Assembly (NCBI GenBank): GCA_040398525.1
Contig: JBBATY010000009.1
Span: 22,416-86,415 of the forward strand
Direction of reading: 5' to 3'
DNA length: 64,000 nt
Source of the DNA: Ilumatobacteraceae bacterium
GTDB lineage: Bacteria > Actinomycetota > Acidimicrobiia > Acidimicrobiales > Ilumatobacteraceae
Shown here one piece after another: positions 17,837-26,204 of the stretch. Under the pieces are notes generated by a model. The model did no database searches. It worked only from the letters and a program-made list of their open reading frames with translations, and was not told where the DNA came from. The translations under genes were made by a program, and so were the position numbers. Within the stretch, counting starts at the first letter, position 1. Each line of letters begins with the position of its first letter.

Positions 17837-18700
17837 TCAGGCCGGGAAGGCTCCTTGCATGCGAGCCGCAGCGAGGGTGTTCTCCATCAGACACGCGATG
17901 GTCATCGGTCCGGTGCCGCCGGGCATCGGCGTGATCCATCCGGCGATCTCCTTCACGGCGTCGAAGTCGACGTCGCCCACCAGACCTGCCTCGGTGCGGC
18001 TGATGCCCACGTCGATGACGGCAGCGCCCGGTTTCACGTGCTGAGCAGTGATCATGCGGGCCTGGCCAGCACAGGCGACGATGATGTCGGCTGCGCTGCA
18101 GATCTCGATCATGTCGGCGGCGGGGGTGCGCGAGTGCGCAAGGGTGACCGTGGCATCGCAACCCTTGCGGCCGAGCAGCAGCACTTGCGGCAGTCCGGTG
18201 AGCGTGGAACGACCCACCACCACCGCACGCTTGCCGGCAGTGGGCACGTGGTAGCGCTCGAGGAGGCGCATGACGCCGAGGGGAGTGCAGCCGACGTGGC
18301 CCGACTGGCCGCGCACCAAACGGCCCATCGAGCGCTCGGTCAGACCATCGACGTCCTTCTCGAACGGGATCTGGTCGAGGACCAGCTCCATGTCGAGGCC
18401 GTCGGGCAGGGGGAACTGGCACAGGATGCCGTGCACGCTCGGATCAGCGGCCAATGCCGCAATGGTGTCGTTCACCTGTGCCTGGCTGGCCGTGGCCGGC
18501 AGGTCGGTGTGACGCGACTGGATGCCCGCCTCGCCAGCCTTCTTCTGCTTGGAGCGGATATAGCTCTGGCTCGGCTTGTCGTCGCCGACCAGCACCGTGG
18601 CCAGGCACACCGGCGGGTTGCCGGCGGCGTCGATGGTGGCGCGGATCTCGGCGAGAATGGTGTCGCGGACGACGTTGCCGTCGATGACGATGGCCGTCAC
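17837..18700 (-). CDS. folD: Bifunctional 5,10-methylene-THF dehydrogenase / methenyl-THF cyclohydrolase
   Basis: GTG at 18700 (VTAIVIDGNVVRD...VLVGDDKPSQSYIRSKQK...GRSTLTGLP...PMPGGTGPMT). The start overlaps the fhs stop (GTGA at 18697-18700). Confidence 0.9.
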   Translation of the reverse strand: MTAIVIDGNVVRDTILAEIRATIDAAGNPPVCLATVLVGDDKPSQSYIRSKQKKAGEAGIQSRHTDLPATASQAQVNDTIAALAADPSVHGILCQFPLPDGLDMELVLDQIPFEKDVDGLTERSMGRLVRGQSGHVGCTPLGVMRLLERYHVPTAGKRAVVVGRSTLTGLPQVLLLGRKGCDATVTLAHSRTPAADMIEICSAADIIVACAGQARMITAQHVKPGAAVIDVGISRTEAGLVGDVDFDAVKEIAGWITPMPGGTGPMTIACLMENTLAAARMQGAFPA

Positions 18701-20394
18701 GACAGGCCCACGATCTCGCCGTGCTCGTCGAAGTCGATGATCGACGCGGCGGGTGCCGAGCCGAGGCCCGGCATCGTCGTCATATCGCCGCAGATGGGGT
18801 AGACGAACCCGGCGCCCACGCTGGCGCGGGCCTCGCGCACGTTCACCGTGTGCCCCGTGGGGGCGCCCTTCAGCGAGGCATCGGCGCTGATCGACAGGTG
18901 GGTCTTGGCGATGCAGACCGGCAGGTTGCCGTAACCGTTGCGCTCGTAGCGGTCGAGTTGGGTGTTGGCGGCGGCCGAGTAGGTGACCTTGGCGGCGCCG
19001 TAGATCTTGGTGGCAACCTTCTCGATCTTGGTCTTCAGGCTGTCGGTGTCGTCGTAGCAGAACTGGAAGTTGCTCGGCTCGTCGCAGGCTTCGACCACTG
19101 CCTGGGCCAGCTCGGTGGCGCCCTTGCCACCCTCGCTGAAGTGGGTGCACACGGCCACTCGTGCGCCCACGCTCTCGGCGATCTCGCGGATGGCCTGGTG
19201 CTCGCTGGCGTAGTCGCCCGGGAACGCGTTGATGGCGACGACCGGCGAGACGCCGTGCACCTTCACGTTCTCGATCTGCTTGATGAGGTTGGCCGCGCCC
19301 GCACGCACATCGTCGGGGTTCTCGGCCAGCAGGTCGGCGGGCAGCGGCTTGCCCGGCGTGATCTTGAACTTGCCGCTGTGGGCCTTGAGGGCGCGCACGG
19401 TGGCGACGAGCACGGCAGCGTCGGGCACCATGCCCGAGTTGCGGCACTTGATGTTGAAGAAGCGCTCGGCACCCATGTCGGCACCGAACCCTGCCTCGGT
19501 GATGAGGTAGTCGCCGCCGCGGATGCCGATGAGGTCGCCCACGATCGACGAGTTGCCGTGGGCGATGTTTCCGAACGGACCGGCGTGCACGATGACGGGA
19601 GTGTGCTCGAGGGTCTGCAGCAGGTTGGGCTTCAGCGCCTCGCGCATGATGACGGCCATGGAGCCGGCGGCCTTCAGTTGCTCGGCGGTGACCGGCTCGC
19701 CATCGGGGGTGTACCCCACGACGATGCGACCCATACGGGCACGCATGTCCTCGAGCGAGGTCGACAGGGCGAAGATCGCCATCACCTCTGACGCGGCCGT
19801 GATGTCGAAGCCGGTCTGGCGGGTGACGCCGTCCATCTTGCCGCCGAGGCCGACGATGATGTTGCGCAGGCTGCGGTCGTTCACATCGAGCACGCGGCGC
19901 CAGGTGATGTTGTGCAGGTCGAGGCCGAGCTCGTTGCCCTGGTGGAGGTGGTTGTCGACCATGGCCGACAGCAGGTTGTGCGCGGCGGTGACGGCGTGGA
20001 AGTCGCCGGTGAGGTGGAGGTTGAGCAACTCCATCGGGATGACCTGGCTGTAGCCGCCGCCGGCCGCGCCACCCTTGATGCCGAAGGTGGGGCCCATGCT
20101 GGGCTGGCGCAGGCTGATGACGGCGTTCTTGCCGATGTGCTTCATCGCTTGGCCGAGGCCGACCGTGGTGGTGGTCTTGCCCTCGCCGAGCGGGGTGGGG
20201 GTGATGGCCGTGACGACGACGTACTTGGCCTTCGGCCGGTCGCTCAGTTCGTCGATGGCCTCGAGGCGGATCTTGGCAAGTTCGTCGCCGTGGGCCTCGA
20301 GCAGGTGCGGGCCGATGCCCATCTGCGCAGCGATGTCGGTGAGCGGTGCCAGCGTTGCGGCGCGAGCAATGGCGAGATCGGACGGAAAGGACAT
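18697..20394 (-). CDS. fhs: Formate-tetrahydrofolate ligase
   Basis: ATG at 20394 with GGGGG 9-13 nt upstream. It reads MSFPSDLAIARAATLAPLTDIAAQMGI...VVVTAITPTPLGEGKTTTTVGL...PSMGPTFGIKGGAAGGGY. Confidence 0.9.
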   Translation of the reverse strand: MSFPSDLAIARAATLAPLTDIAAQMGIGPHLLEAHGDELAKIRLEAIDELSDRPKAKYVVVTAITPTPLGEGKTTTTVGLGQAMKHIGKNAVISLRQPSMGPTFGIKGGAAGGGYSQVIPMELLNLHLTGDFHAVTAAHNLLSAMVDNHLHQGNELGLDLHNITWRRVLDVNDRSLRNIIVGLGGKMDGVTRQTGFDITAASEVMAIFALSTSLEDMRARMGRIVVGYTPDGEPVTAEQLKAAGSMAVIMREALKPNLLQTLEHTPVIVHAGPFGNIAHGNSSIVGDLIGIRGGDYLITEAGFGADMGAERFFNIKCRNSGMVPDAAVLVATVRALKAHSGKFKITPGKPLPADLLAENPDDVRAGAANLIKQIENVKVHGVSPVVAINAFPGDYASEHQAIREIAESVGARVAVCTHFSEGGKGATELAQAVVEACDEPSNFQFCYDDTDSLKTKIEKVATKIYGAAKVTYSAAANTQLDRYERNGYGNLPVCIAKTHLSISADASLKGAPTGHTVNVREARASVGAGFVYPICGDMTTMPGLGSAPAASIIDFDEHGEIVGLS

Positions 20395-20440
20395 GTGTGG
20401 ACCCCCAGACATGGAACGTTCGTGCCGAGAATAGCGCACA

Positions 20441-20475
20441 GGTTCCGGATGATGGAACCCGTCCACGATGCGGAA
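20441..20475 (-). promoter_or_regulatory. Two adjacent TTCC-N7-GGAA-type palindromic sites in the fhs upstream region
   Basis: GGTTCC-ggatgat-GGAACC lies at 20441-20459. It is immediately followed by tccacgatgcggaa at 20462-20475, the 14-mer identical to 4427-4440. Both lie 47-81 nt upstream of the fhs ATG. Confidence 0.45.
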
Positions 20476-20525
20476 CATCCAGTGTTCACGTCAGCGACAC
20501 CCGCCGATCGCCTGGAGGTACCGGT

Positions 20526-22589
20526 TCAGAGCAGGTGGCAGATTCGCAGCGCGTCGTAGATCGCAGCGTGGATGTTGCGGCCGGCCACGGCATCGCCGAT
20601 GCGCAGCAGGCGATAGGCGCCCTCGGGCTGCCGCACAACGGCTTGGGGCCGCCCAACCCGCAGAGCGTCGTGGTCGACCTCGCCGAGGTTCACCGAGCCG
20701 GGAACGAGCTGGTGATACAGGTCATCGTTGGCGAGCACGCCGTGGTCGGCCACGACGGCGTCCACCTCCACAGTGCGCCGGTGGCTGCTGTGGTCGCTGC
20801 CGATCTCGGCCTGCAGCCGCCCGTCGCGTCGGCGCACGGCCACGACCCGCTGGTTCAGGCTGACGCGGGTGTCGGTCTCGTTGAAGGCTCGGGCGTAGGG
20901 CACAAGGTTCATGCCGCCCACGTCGATGCCCAGAGTGCGCTCGGGGGTGACGATCTCGAGGCGCACCCCAGAGCGGACGAGCATCTCGGCTGTGGTCATC
21001 GCCGAATGCGAGCCGTCGTCGTCGTAGAGCAGCACGTCGCCGCTGAGGCGAGCATCGCCACCCACAACGTCCCACGACGAGGTGAGCAGGTGAGCGCCTT
21101 CTTCGACGTGCGGCAGCTGGGGCAGGCCGCCGGTGGCGACGACAACCACGTCAGGCCCGAGCGAGGCAATGAGGTCGGCATCGGCGAAAGTGTCGTAGCG
21201 CACCTCCACACCCAGCCGGTCGAGCTCGGCCACCCGCCAGTCGACGATGCCCATCAAATCGCGGCGGCGAGGGTTGCGAGCAGCCAGATGCAGCTGTCCA
21301 CCCGCCCACGGCATCGCCTCGAGCAGCACCACGTCGTGCCCGCGTTCGGCGCTCACCCGGGCTGCCTCGAGCCCGGCCGGCCCCGCACCCACCACGACCA
21401 CCCGCTGTGCGCTGTCGGCGCGCTCGATGACATGCGGCATGGCCAGCTCGCGGCCGGTGGCCGCGTTGTGGATGCACAGGGCCTCGCCCGCCTGGTAGAT
21501 GCGGTCGAGGCAATAGGTGGCACCGACGCAGGGGCGGATCGTGTGCTCGGCACCGATCTGGATCTTGCGCACCAGGTGCGGCTCGGCCATCTGGGCGCGG
21601 GTCATGCCGATGAGGTCGACGAGGCCCTCACGCACGGCGTGCCGTGCCGTGGCGACGTCGTCGACCTTCGCGGCGTGCAGCACCGCCACGTGCGGCGCCA
21701 CCTCGGCGAGCAGGGCCTTCACCCGCCCGGTCACATCGAGGTGCGGCGCCGAGGCCATGCCGTGGATGGGGATCACCTCGGTGAGCGCTACTTCGTCGGC
21801 CACGTTGCCGCGGATGACGTTGACGAAGTCGATCAGCCCGTCGGCGCACACCCGGCGCAGCATCGCCAGCCCTGCCGGTTCGTCGAAGCCGTCGACACCG
21901 GCCTCGTGCAGTCGTTCGTCGACCGCCATGCGCAGCCCCAGCGGCACGTCGGGCCCGATGCGACGGCGTACGGCGTGCAGCACCTCGAGCGAGAAGCGCA
22001 TCCGGTTCTCGACCGACCCTCCGTACAGGTCGGTGCGGCGGTTGGTGGCGGGCGACCAGAACTGGTCGAAGAGGTGCCCGTACGACTCGATCTCGATGCC
22101 GTCCATGCCGCCGGCCACCATGCGCTCAGCAGCGTCGGCGTACTCGCCCACGATGCGGTCGATGTCCCACTGCTCGGCCTCTTTCGGGTGGTTGCGGTGG
22201 GCGGGTTCGCGCAGACGCGACGGTGCCACCACCGGCAGCCAGTCGTCCTGGCCCCATCCGGTGCGCCGCCCCAGATGGGTGATCTGGATCATCGCCACGG
22301 CACCGTGCTCGTGGATCTCGTCGGTCATGGCCCGCAGCCACGGCACGATGGCGTCGTTCCAGGCGTGGAGGTTGCCGAACGCGGGTGGGCTGTCGGGCGA
22401 CACCACGGCCGAGCCGGCGGTCATCGTCATCGCCACACCGCCCTTGGCCTTCTCGACGTGATAGGCGCGGTACCGGTCCTTCGGCATGCCGTCTTCGGAG
22501 TAGGCGGGTTCGTGCGCGGAGGAGAAGATGCGGTTGCGCAGCGTGAGGTGCTTCAGGGTGAACGGGGCGAGGAGCGGATCGTCGGCCAT
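20526..22589 (-). CDS. Two-domain flavoprotein: OYE-like FMN TIM barrel plus FAD/NAD(P)-binding domain (TMADH / 2,4-dienoyl-CoA reductase / N-methylproline demethylase StcD / DgcA family)
   Basis: 687 aa. The N-terminus reads MADDPLLAPFTLKHLTLRNRIFSSAHEP...ITHLGRR...YGGSVENRMRF (OYE pattern). The C-terminal half carries RVVVVGAGPAGLEAA (GxGxxG). Confidence 0.8.
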   Translation of the reverse strand: MADDPLLAPFTLKHLTLRNRIFSSAHEPAYSEDGMPKDRYRAYHVEKAKGGVAMTMTAGSAVVSPDSPPAFGNLHAWNDAIVPWLRAMTDEIHEHGAVAMIQITHLGRRTGWGQDDWLPVVAPSRLREPAHRNHPKEAEQWDIDRIVGEYADAAERMVAGGMDGIEIESYGHLFDQFWSPATNRRTDLYGGSVENRMRFSLEVLHAVRRRIGPDVPLGLRMAVDERLHEAGVDGFDEPAGLAMLRRVCADGLIDFVNVIRGNVADEVALTEVIPIHGMASAPHLDVTGRVKALLAEVAPHVAVLHAAKVDDVATARHAVREGLVDLIGMTRAQMAEPHLVRKIQIGAEHTIRPCVGATYCLDRIYQAGEALCIHNAATGRELAMPHVIERADSAQRVVVVGAGPAGLEAARVSAERGHDVVLLEAMPWAGGQLHLAARNPRRRDLMGIVDWRVAELDRLGVEVRYDTFADADLIASLGPDVVVVATGGLPQLPHVEEGAHLLTSSWDVVGGDARLSGDVLLYDDDGSHSAMTTAEMLVRSGVRLEIVTPERTLGIDVGGMNLVPYARAFNETDTRVSLNQRVVAVRRRDGRLQAEIGSDHSSHRRTVEVDAVVADHGVLANDDLYHQLVPGSVNLGEVDHDALRVGRPQAVVRQPEGAYRLLRIGDAVAGRNIHAAIYDALRICHLL

Positions 22590-22652
22590 GTTCAGTCGTC
22601 ACCGTGTTCCGTCACCGGGTGTGCGTGTCGGTCGGGACCGCTTGCAGACATG

Positions 22653-24206
22653 TCAGTACCACTGGTCGGGCATCTCGGCCTTGCGGCGGGCGACGAACTC
22701 GCGCAGTTCGGCGTCGACGGCGTCGTCGATGGGCGGAGGCTCGTAGCGGGCGAGCGTCTCGGCGACGAGCGCAGCCGCACGCTCTTCGGATGTGTGAGAG
22801 CCGTTGTCGCGCCACTGTTCGAACGAATCGTTGTCGCTGAGCGCCGGCTCGAAGAACGCTGTTTCGTAGTGCCTCAGTGTGTGTTGTGCACCGAAGAAGT
22901 GCTTGCCGGGCCCGACCTCCGCAAAGGCGTCGAGCGCGAACTGGTCGTCGTCGAGCGGCACGCCCTTGAGGAATGTGTGCGCAGCTCCGCACAGGTCGAG
23001 GTCCATCATGAACTTCTCGTACCCCATCGCCAGGCCGCCTTCGAGCCAACCGGCGCTGTGCAGGATGAAGTTCGCGCCACACAGCAGTGCCGCCATCATG
23101 CTGACGGCCGATTCGGTCATCGCCTGGCCGTCAGGCACCTTCGACGAGGTGAAGGCGCCCGAGCACCGCAAGGGCAGGCCGACCCGACGTGCCAGCTGCC
23201 CGACCAGGAACGATCCGAGCGCCGGCTCGGGCGTGCCGAAGGTCGGGCTCCCGCTGCGCAGCGCCATCGACGACAGGAAGTTCCCGTAGATCACCGGCGA
23301 GCCCGGCCGCACCAGCTGCCCGAGGGCCACCCCGACCAGGGTCTCGGCATGGGCTTGGGCGACCGCGCCCGCTGTAGTGACCGGGCCCATCGCTCCACCG
23401 AGGATGAACGGCACCACGACCGGGGCTTGGTTCGCCCGGGCATACGTCTTCAATGCTCCAGTCATCGTCGCGTCCCACACGAGCGGTGAGTTGACATTGA
23501 CATTGCCGAGGATCACGCATGAGCGATCGACGACATCGGCGCCGAAGGCGATGCGGGCCATCTCGATCGAGTCGGCCGCTCGCTCGGGTGCCGTGACCGA
23601 TCCCATGAACGGCCGGTCGCTGAAGCGGAGGTGGGTGTAGACCATGTCGAGGTGGCGCTTGTTCACCGGGACATCGGTCGGCTCGCACACCGTCCCTCCC
23701 GAGTGGTGGAGCCACGGCGACGACTGCCCGAGCTTCACGAATCGTTCGAAATCGGCGATGGTGGCATAGCGGCGGCCACCGGGCAGGTCGCGAACGAAGG
23801 GCGAGCCGTACGCGGGGGAGAGGACCACGCTGTTGCCCCCGATCCGGACCGATCGGTCGGGGTTGCGCGCCAACTGCTCGAACTCACGTGGGGCAGTGGC
23901 GCACAGCGCACGCACGTGCCCGGGGTCGAATCGCACGAGCGACCCGTCGACCGTCGCGCCTGCGGCACGGAACAGCTCGAGCGCCTCGTCGTCACCCCTG
24001 ATCTCGATGCCGACGTCACGGAGGAGACGATCCGCGTGGGCCTCGATAGTGGCAAGTCCCTCTTCTCCGACGAGCTCGTACGGGGGGATCTCGCGCGTGA
24101 TGTACGCAGTTCCCTGACGGCTCGCAGCGCCAGCGCGGGCCTGAGCCCGCCCGGCACGACCTCCTGCCCGACGTCGAGCCGGCAATCCGTCGTCGGAGCT
24201 TCCCAT
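22653..24206 (-). CDS. MttB-superfamily methyltransferase, non-pyrrolysine (quaternary/methylated amine:corrinoid methyltransferase candidate), paralogue 1
   Basis: The start is taken at the ATG at 24206, with GAGGGGG 9-15 nt upstream. The family pattern is recognisable (NVNSPLVWD, PFILGGAMGPVT, GSPTFGTPEP, SAGWLEGGL, GPGKHFFG). There is no in-frame stop. Confidence 0.85.
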   Translation of the reverse strand: MGSSDDGLPARRRAGGRAGRAQARAGAASRQGTAYITREIPPYELVGEEGLATIEAHADRLLRDVGIEIRGDDEALELFRAAGATVDGSLVRFDPGHVRALCATAPREFEQLARNPDRSVRIGGNSVVLSPAYGSPFVRDLPGGRRYATIADFERFVKLGQSSPWLHHSGGTVCEPTDVPVNKRHLDMVYTHLRFSDRPFMGSVTAPERAADSIEMARIAFGADVVDRSCVILGNVNVNSPLVWDATMTGALKTYARANQAPVVVPFILGGAMGPVTTAGAVAQAHAETLVGVALGQLVRPGSPVIYGNFLSSMALRSGSPTFGTPEPALGSFLVGQLARRVGLPLRCSGAFTSSKVPDGQAMTESAVSMMAALLCGANFILHSAGWLEGGLAMGYEKFMMDLDLCGAAHTFLKGVPLDDDQFALDAFAEVGPGKHFFGAQHTLRHYETAFFEPALSDNDSFEQWRDNGSHTSEERAAALVAETLARYEPPPIDDAVDAELREFVARRKAEMPDQWY

Positions 24207-24367
24207 TGTCCAGACCCCCTCGACAGCAGACCGGATCATGCCTCGTCGGGCGGCGAGGGTATCACCCGGGCTTGCAGCATCGTTGACCTGCTCCTGTGCT
24301 ACAACTACGGTCCTCTACGTGCTCCGGGACATCTGTGCCCCGGAGACCGATACACCCTGGGGGGGAC

Positions 24368-26095
24368 ATGAGTTCACAGTTCGACAAGCTCCGTAGCGGG
24401 GTCGGCCCGCTGCAGGGCGAGGTCATCGACGCGTTTGCACAGGGCTCCATCTCACGCCGGTCCTTCTTGGTCCGCGGCAGCGTGGTGGGCCTGAGCGCAG
24501 CGTTCATGGGCTCGCTCGTGGCAGCGTGTGGTGGCGACGACAGCACCGCCACCGAGACCACTGCCGGTGGCGGCACCGAGACCACCGCTGCTGGCGGCGG
24601 CACCGAGACCACCGCCGCGCCGGCACCTGGCGGCCTCCAGCCGGGCGGTGTCCTGCGCATCGCTGCGCAGCGCCCGGGCAGCCCGCTCGACCCGGTGGCC
24701 ATGGACAACCTGGGTGCCTACACCCCGGTCGTCACGTGCTTCGAGTACCTCTGCGGCCCCGGCGAAGGCGCTGGGCTGGCACCGATGCTCGCCGAGTCGT
24801 GGGAGCCCAACGCCGACGGCAGCGCCTGGACGTTCAACCTGCGCAAGGGCGTGAAGTGGCACGACGGCACCGACTTCACGTCGGCCGATGTGGTGGCCAC
24901 CATGGAGCGGATGATCGAGGCCGGCAAGTTGTCGGCCTACATGGACCCGGGCGGCTGTGTCGCAGTCGACGACAGCACGGTCACCATGAACCTGAAGGCC
25001 CCCGACGGCCAGTTCCCGTACAACGTCTGCCACTGGAACCCGCAGACCGTCATCACCCCGGCAGCGTTCGCCACCGGCACGACGCTCGACCAGGCGCCGA
25101 ACGGCACCGGCGCGTTCAAGTTGGCGAAGTTCGACGTGGCCGTCGGTGCGACCTTCGAGGCCAACGCCGAGTACTGGGGCGGCAAGCCCACCCTCGACGG
25201 TCTCGAGTTCATCTTCAGCGACGACCTCGCCACCCAGGTGTCGGGTCTGCAGGGCGGCGCAGCTGACGCCATCGTGCAGTTCTCGGTCGTCGGCGGCGAG
25301 GCAATCCTGAACAGCTCCGACTTCGTCGTCCAGACGATCCGTGGCGCGGCCCACCGCCAGCTGTGGATGAATGTCCGCGAGGGTACCTTCACCGATGTGA
25401 AGCTCCGTACGGCCATCGCGCTCGCAGTCGACCGCCAGGCGTGCATCGACATCGTCCTCCAGGGCAAGGGTGACCTCGGCAACGACCACCCGATCGCCCC
25501 GGTGTACGAGTTCTGGGACTCGAGCCAGCCCCAGCGTGAGCGCGACGTCGATCAGGCCAAGGCGCTGCTCGATGAGACCGGCAACGCCGGAATGGCGATC
25601 ACCATGCATGTGCCGAAGCTGCAGGAGATCCCGCAGCTGGCCGAGCTGCTCCAGAGCCAGCTCAAGGAAGTCGGCATGGACGTCACGCTGAACGTCGAGA
25701 GCACCGACACCTTCTACGACCGCTGGTGCAAGGTGTACGACTCGACCAACGAGCCGGCCGGCTGCGACGGCGGCGAGGAGTTCGGCATCGTCGACTACGG
25801 CAACCGCGGTGTGCCCGACGTGTACCTGGTCAAGGCCTACGCGACCGGCGAGTGGAACTCGGCGCACTACAACAGCGCCGAATTCAACACCGCTGTCGCC
25901 GACTACCAGGCGGCGCTCACGCTCGAGGATCGCAAGGAGCCGGTGTCGCGGATCCAGTCGATCGCCAACGCCGACGTGCCGTACGTGATCCCGTACTTCT
26001 ACAACTCGCTGTACGCCACGACCAACAAGGTGACGGGCATCGTCGCCACCGGCCTCGGCCACTTCTACTGCGACAAGGCCGGGTTCACGGCCTGA
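24368..26095 (+). CDS. ABC transporter substrate-binding protein, family 5 (peptide/opine/nickel type), Tat signal plus lipobox
   Basis: ATG at 24368 after GGGGGGGA. It has SRRSFLVRGSVVGLSAAFMGSLVAACGG, a TETTAA-repeat linker, and family-5 blocks (AESWEPNADGSAWTFNLRKGVKWHDG). Confidence 0.85.
   Translation: MSSQFDKLRSGVGPLQGEVIDAFAQGSISRRSFLVRGSVVGLSAAFMGSLVAACGGDDSTATETTAGGGTETTAAGGGTETTAAPAPGGLQPGGVLRIAAQRPGSPLDPVAMDNLGAYTPVVTCFEYLCGPGEGAGLAPMLAESWEPNADGSAWTFNLRKGVKWHDGTDFTSADVVATMERMIEAGKLSAYMDPGGCVAVDDSTVTMNLKAPDGQFPYNVCHWNPQTVITPAAFATGTTLDQAPNGTGAFKLAKFDVAVGATFEANAEYWGGKPTLDGLEFIFSDDLATQVSGLQGGAADAIVQFSVVGGEAILNSSDFVVQTIRGAAHRQLWMNVREGTFTDVKLRTAIALAVDRQACIDIVLQGKGDLGNDHPIAPVYEFWDSSQPQRERDVDQAKALLDETGNAGMAITMHVPKLQEIPQLAELLQSQLKEVGMDVTLNVESTDTFYDRWCKVYDSTNEPAGCDGGEEFGIVDYGNRGVPDVYLVKAYATGEWNSAHYNSAEFNTAVADYQAALTLEDRKEPVSRIQSIANADVPYVIPYFYNSLYATTNKVTGIVATGLGHFYCDKAGFTA
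24566..24619 (+). repeat. Coding tandem repeat (2 x 27 nt, 24/27 identical) encoding GGGTETTAA GGGTETTAA in the SBP linker
   Basis: ggtggcggcaccgagaccaccgctgct followed by ggcggcggcaccgagaccaccgccgcg, in frame with the CDS. Confidence 0.8.
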
Positions 26096-26120
26096 TCTGC
26101 AGTAGCAGCCTTCGGATGGA

Positions 26121-26164
26121 CGGGGCCGGGCCGCTGCCCTCGCGCAGTGGCCCGGCCCCGTTTT
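26121..26164 (+). terminator. Intrinsic terminator/attenuator between the SBP gene and the permease genes
   Basis: Perfect 12-bp stem cggggccgggcc (26121-26132) pairs with ggcccggccccg (26149-26160), followed by TTTT (26161-26164). It sits in the 109-nt gap after the SBP stop. Confidence 0.7.
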
Positions 26165-26204
26165 CCGATCCCACACCATCCCGAGTGCTCCCTGACGGAC
26201 CCTG

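Noticed and set aside
20395-20525. Possible ZTP (pfl) or THF riboswitch upstream of fhs-folD
   Set aside because: The genomic context is classic for a ZTP riboswitch. However, the coding-strand sequence lacks the conserved cores I remember (the UGACUGGCG-type 5' element and the CCGCCUGGGC-type 3' element). A covariance-model search is needed for certainty.
22653-24206. In-frame amber (pyrrolysine) codon or frameshift in the MttB homologues (also 43741..45357 and 55295..56809)
   Set aside because: All three reading frames are continuous from plausible starts to stops, and no pyl genes are seen. They are non-Pyl members, not recoded or pseudogenised MttB genes.
24322-24345. 7-bp inverted repeat CTCCGGG-N10-CCCGGAG in the divergent MttB-1 / SBP-1 intergenic region
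   Set aside because: It is short and purely GC-rich. Such repeats are expected by chance in this composition, and no second copy or extension was seen. I kept it only as a weak candidate operator or 5'-UTR hairpin.
24566-24619. Short tandem repeats (also 39610-39651) considered as CRISPR-like or intergenic VNTR elements
   Set aside because: They lie in frame inside the SBP genes, have only two units with no spacers, and encode a Thr/Ala/Gly/Glu linker after the lipobox. They are coding low-complexity repeats.
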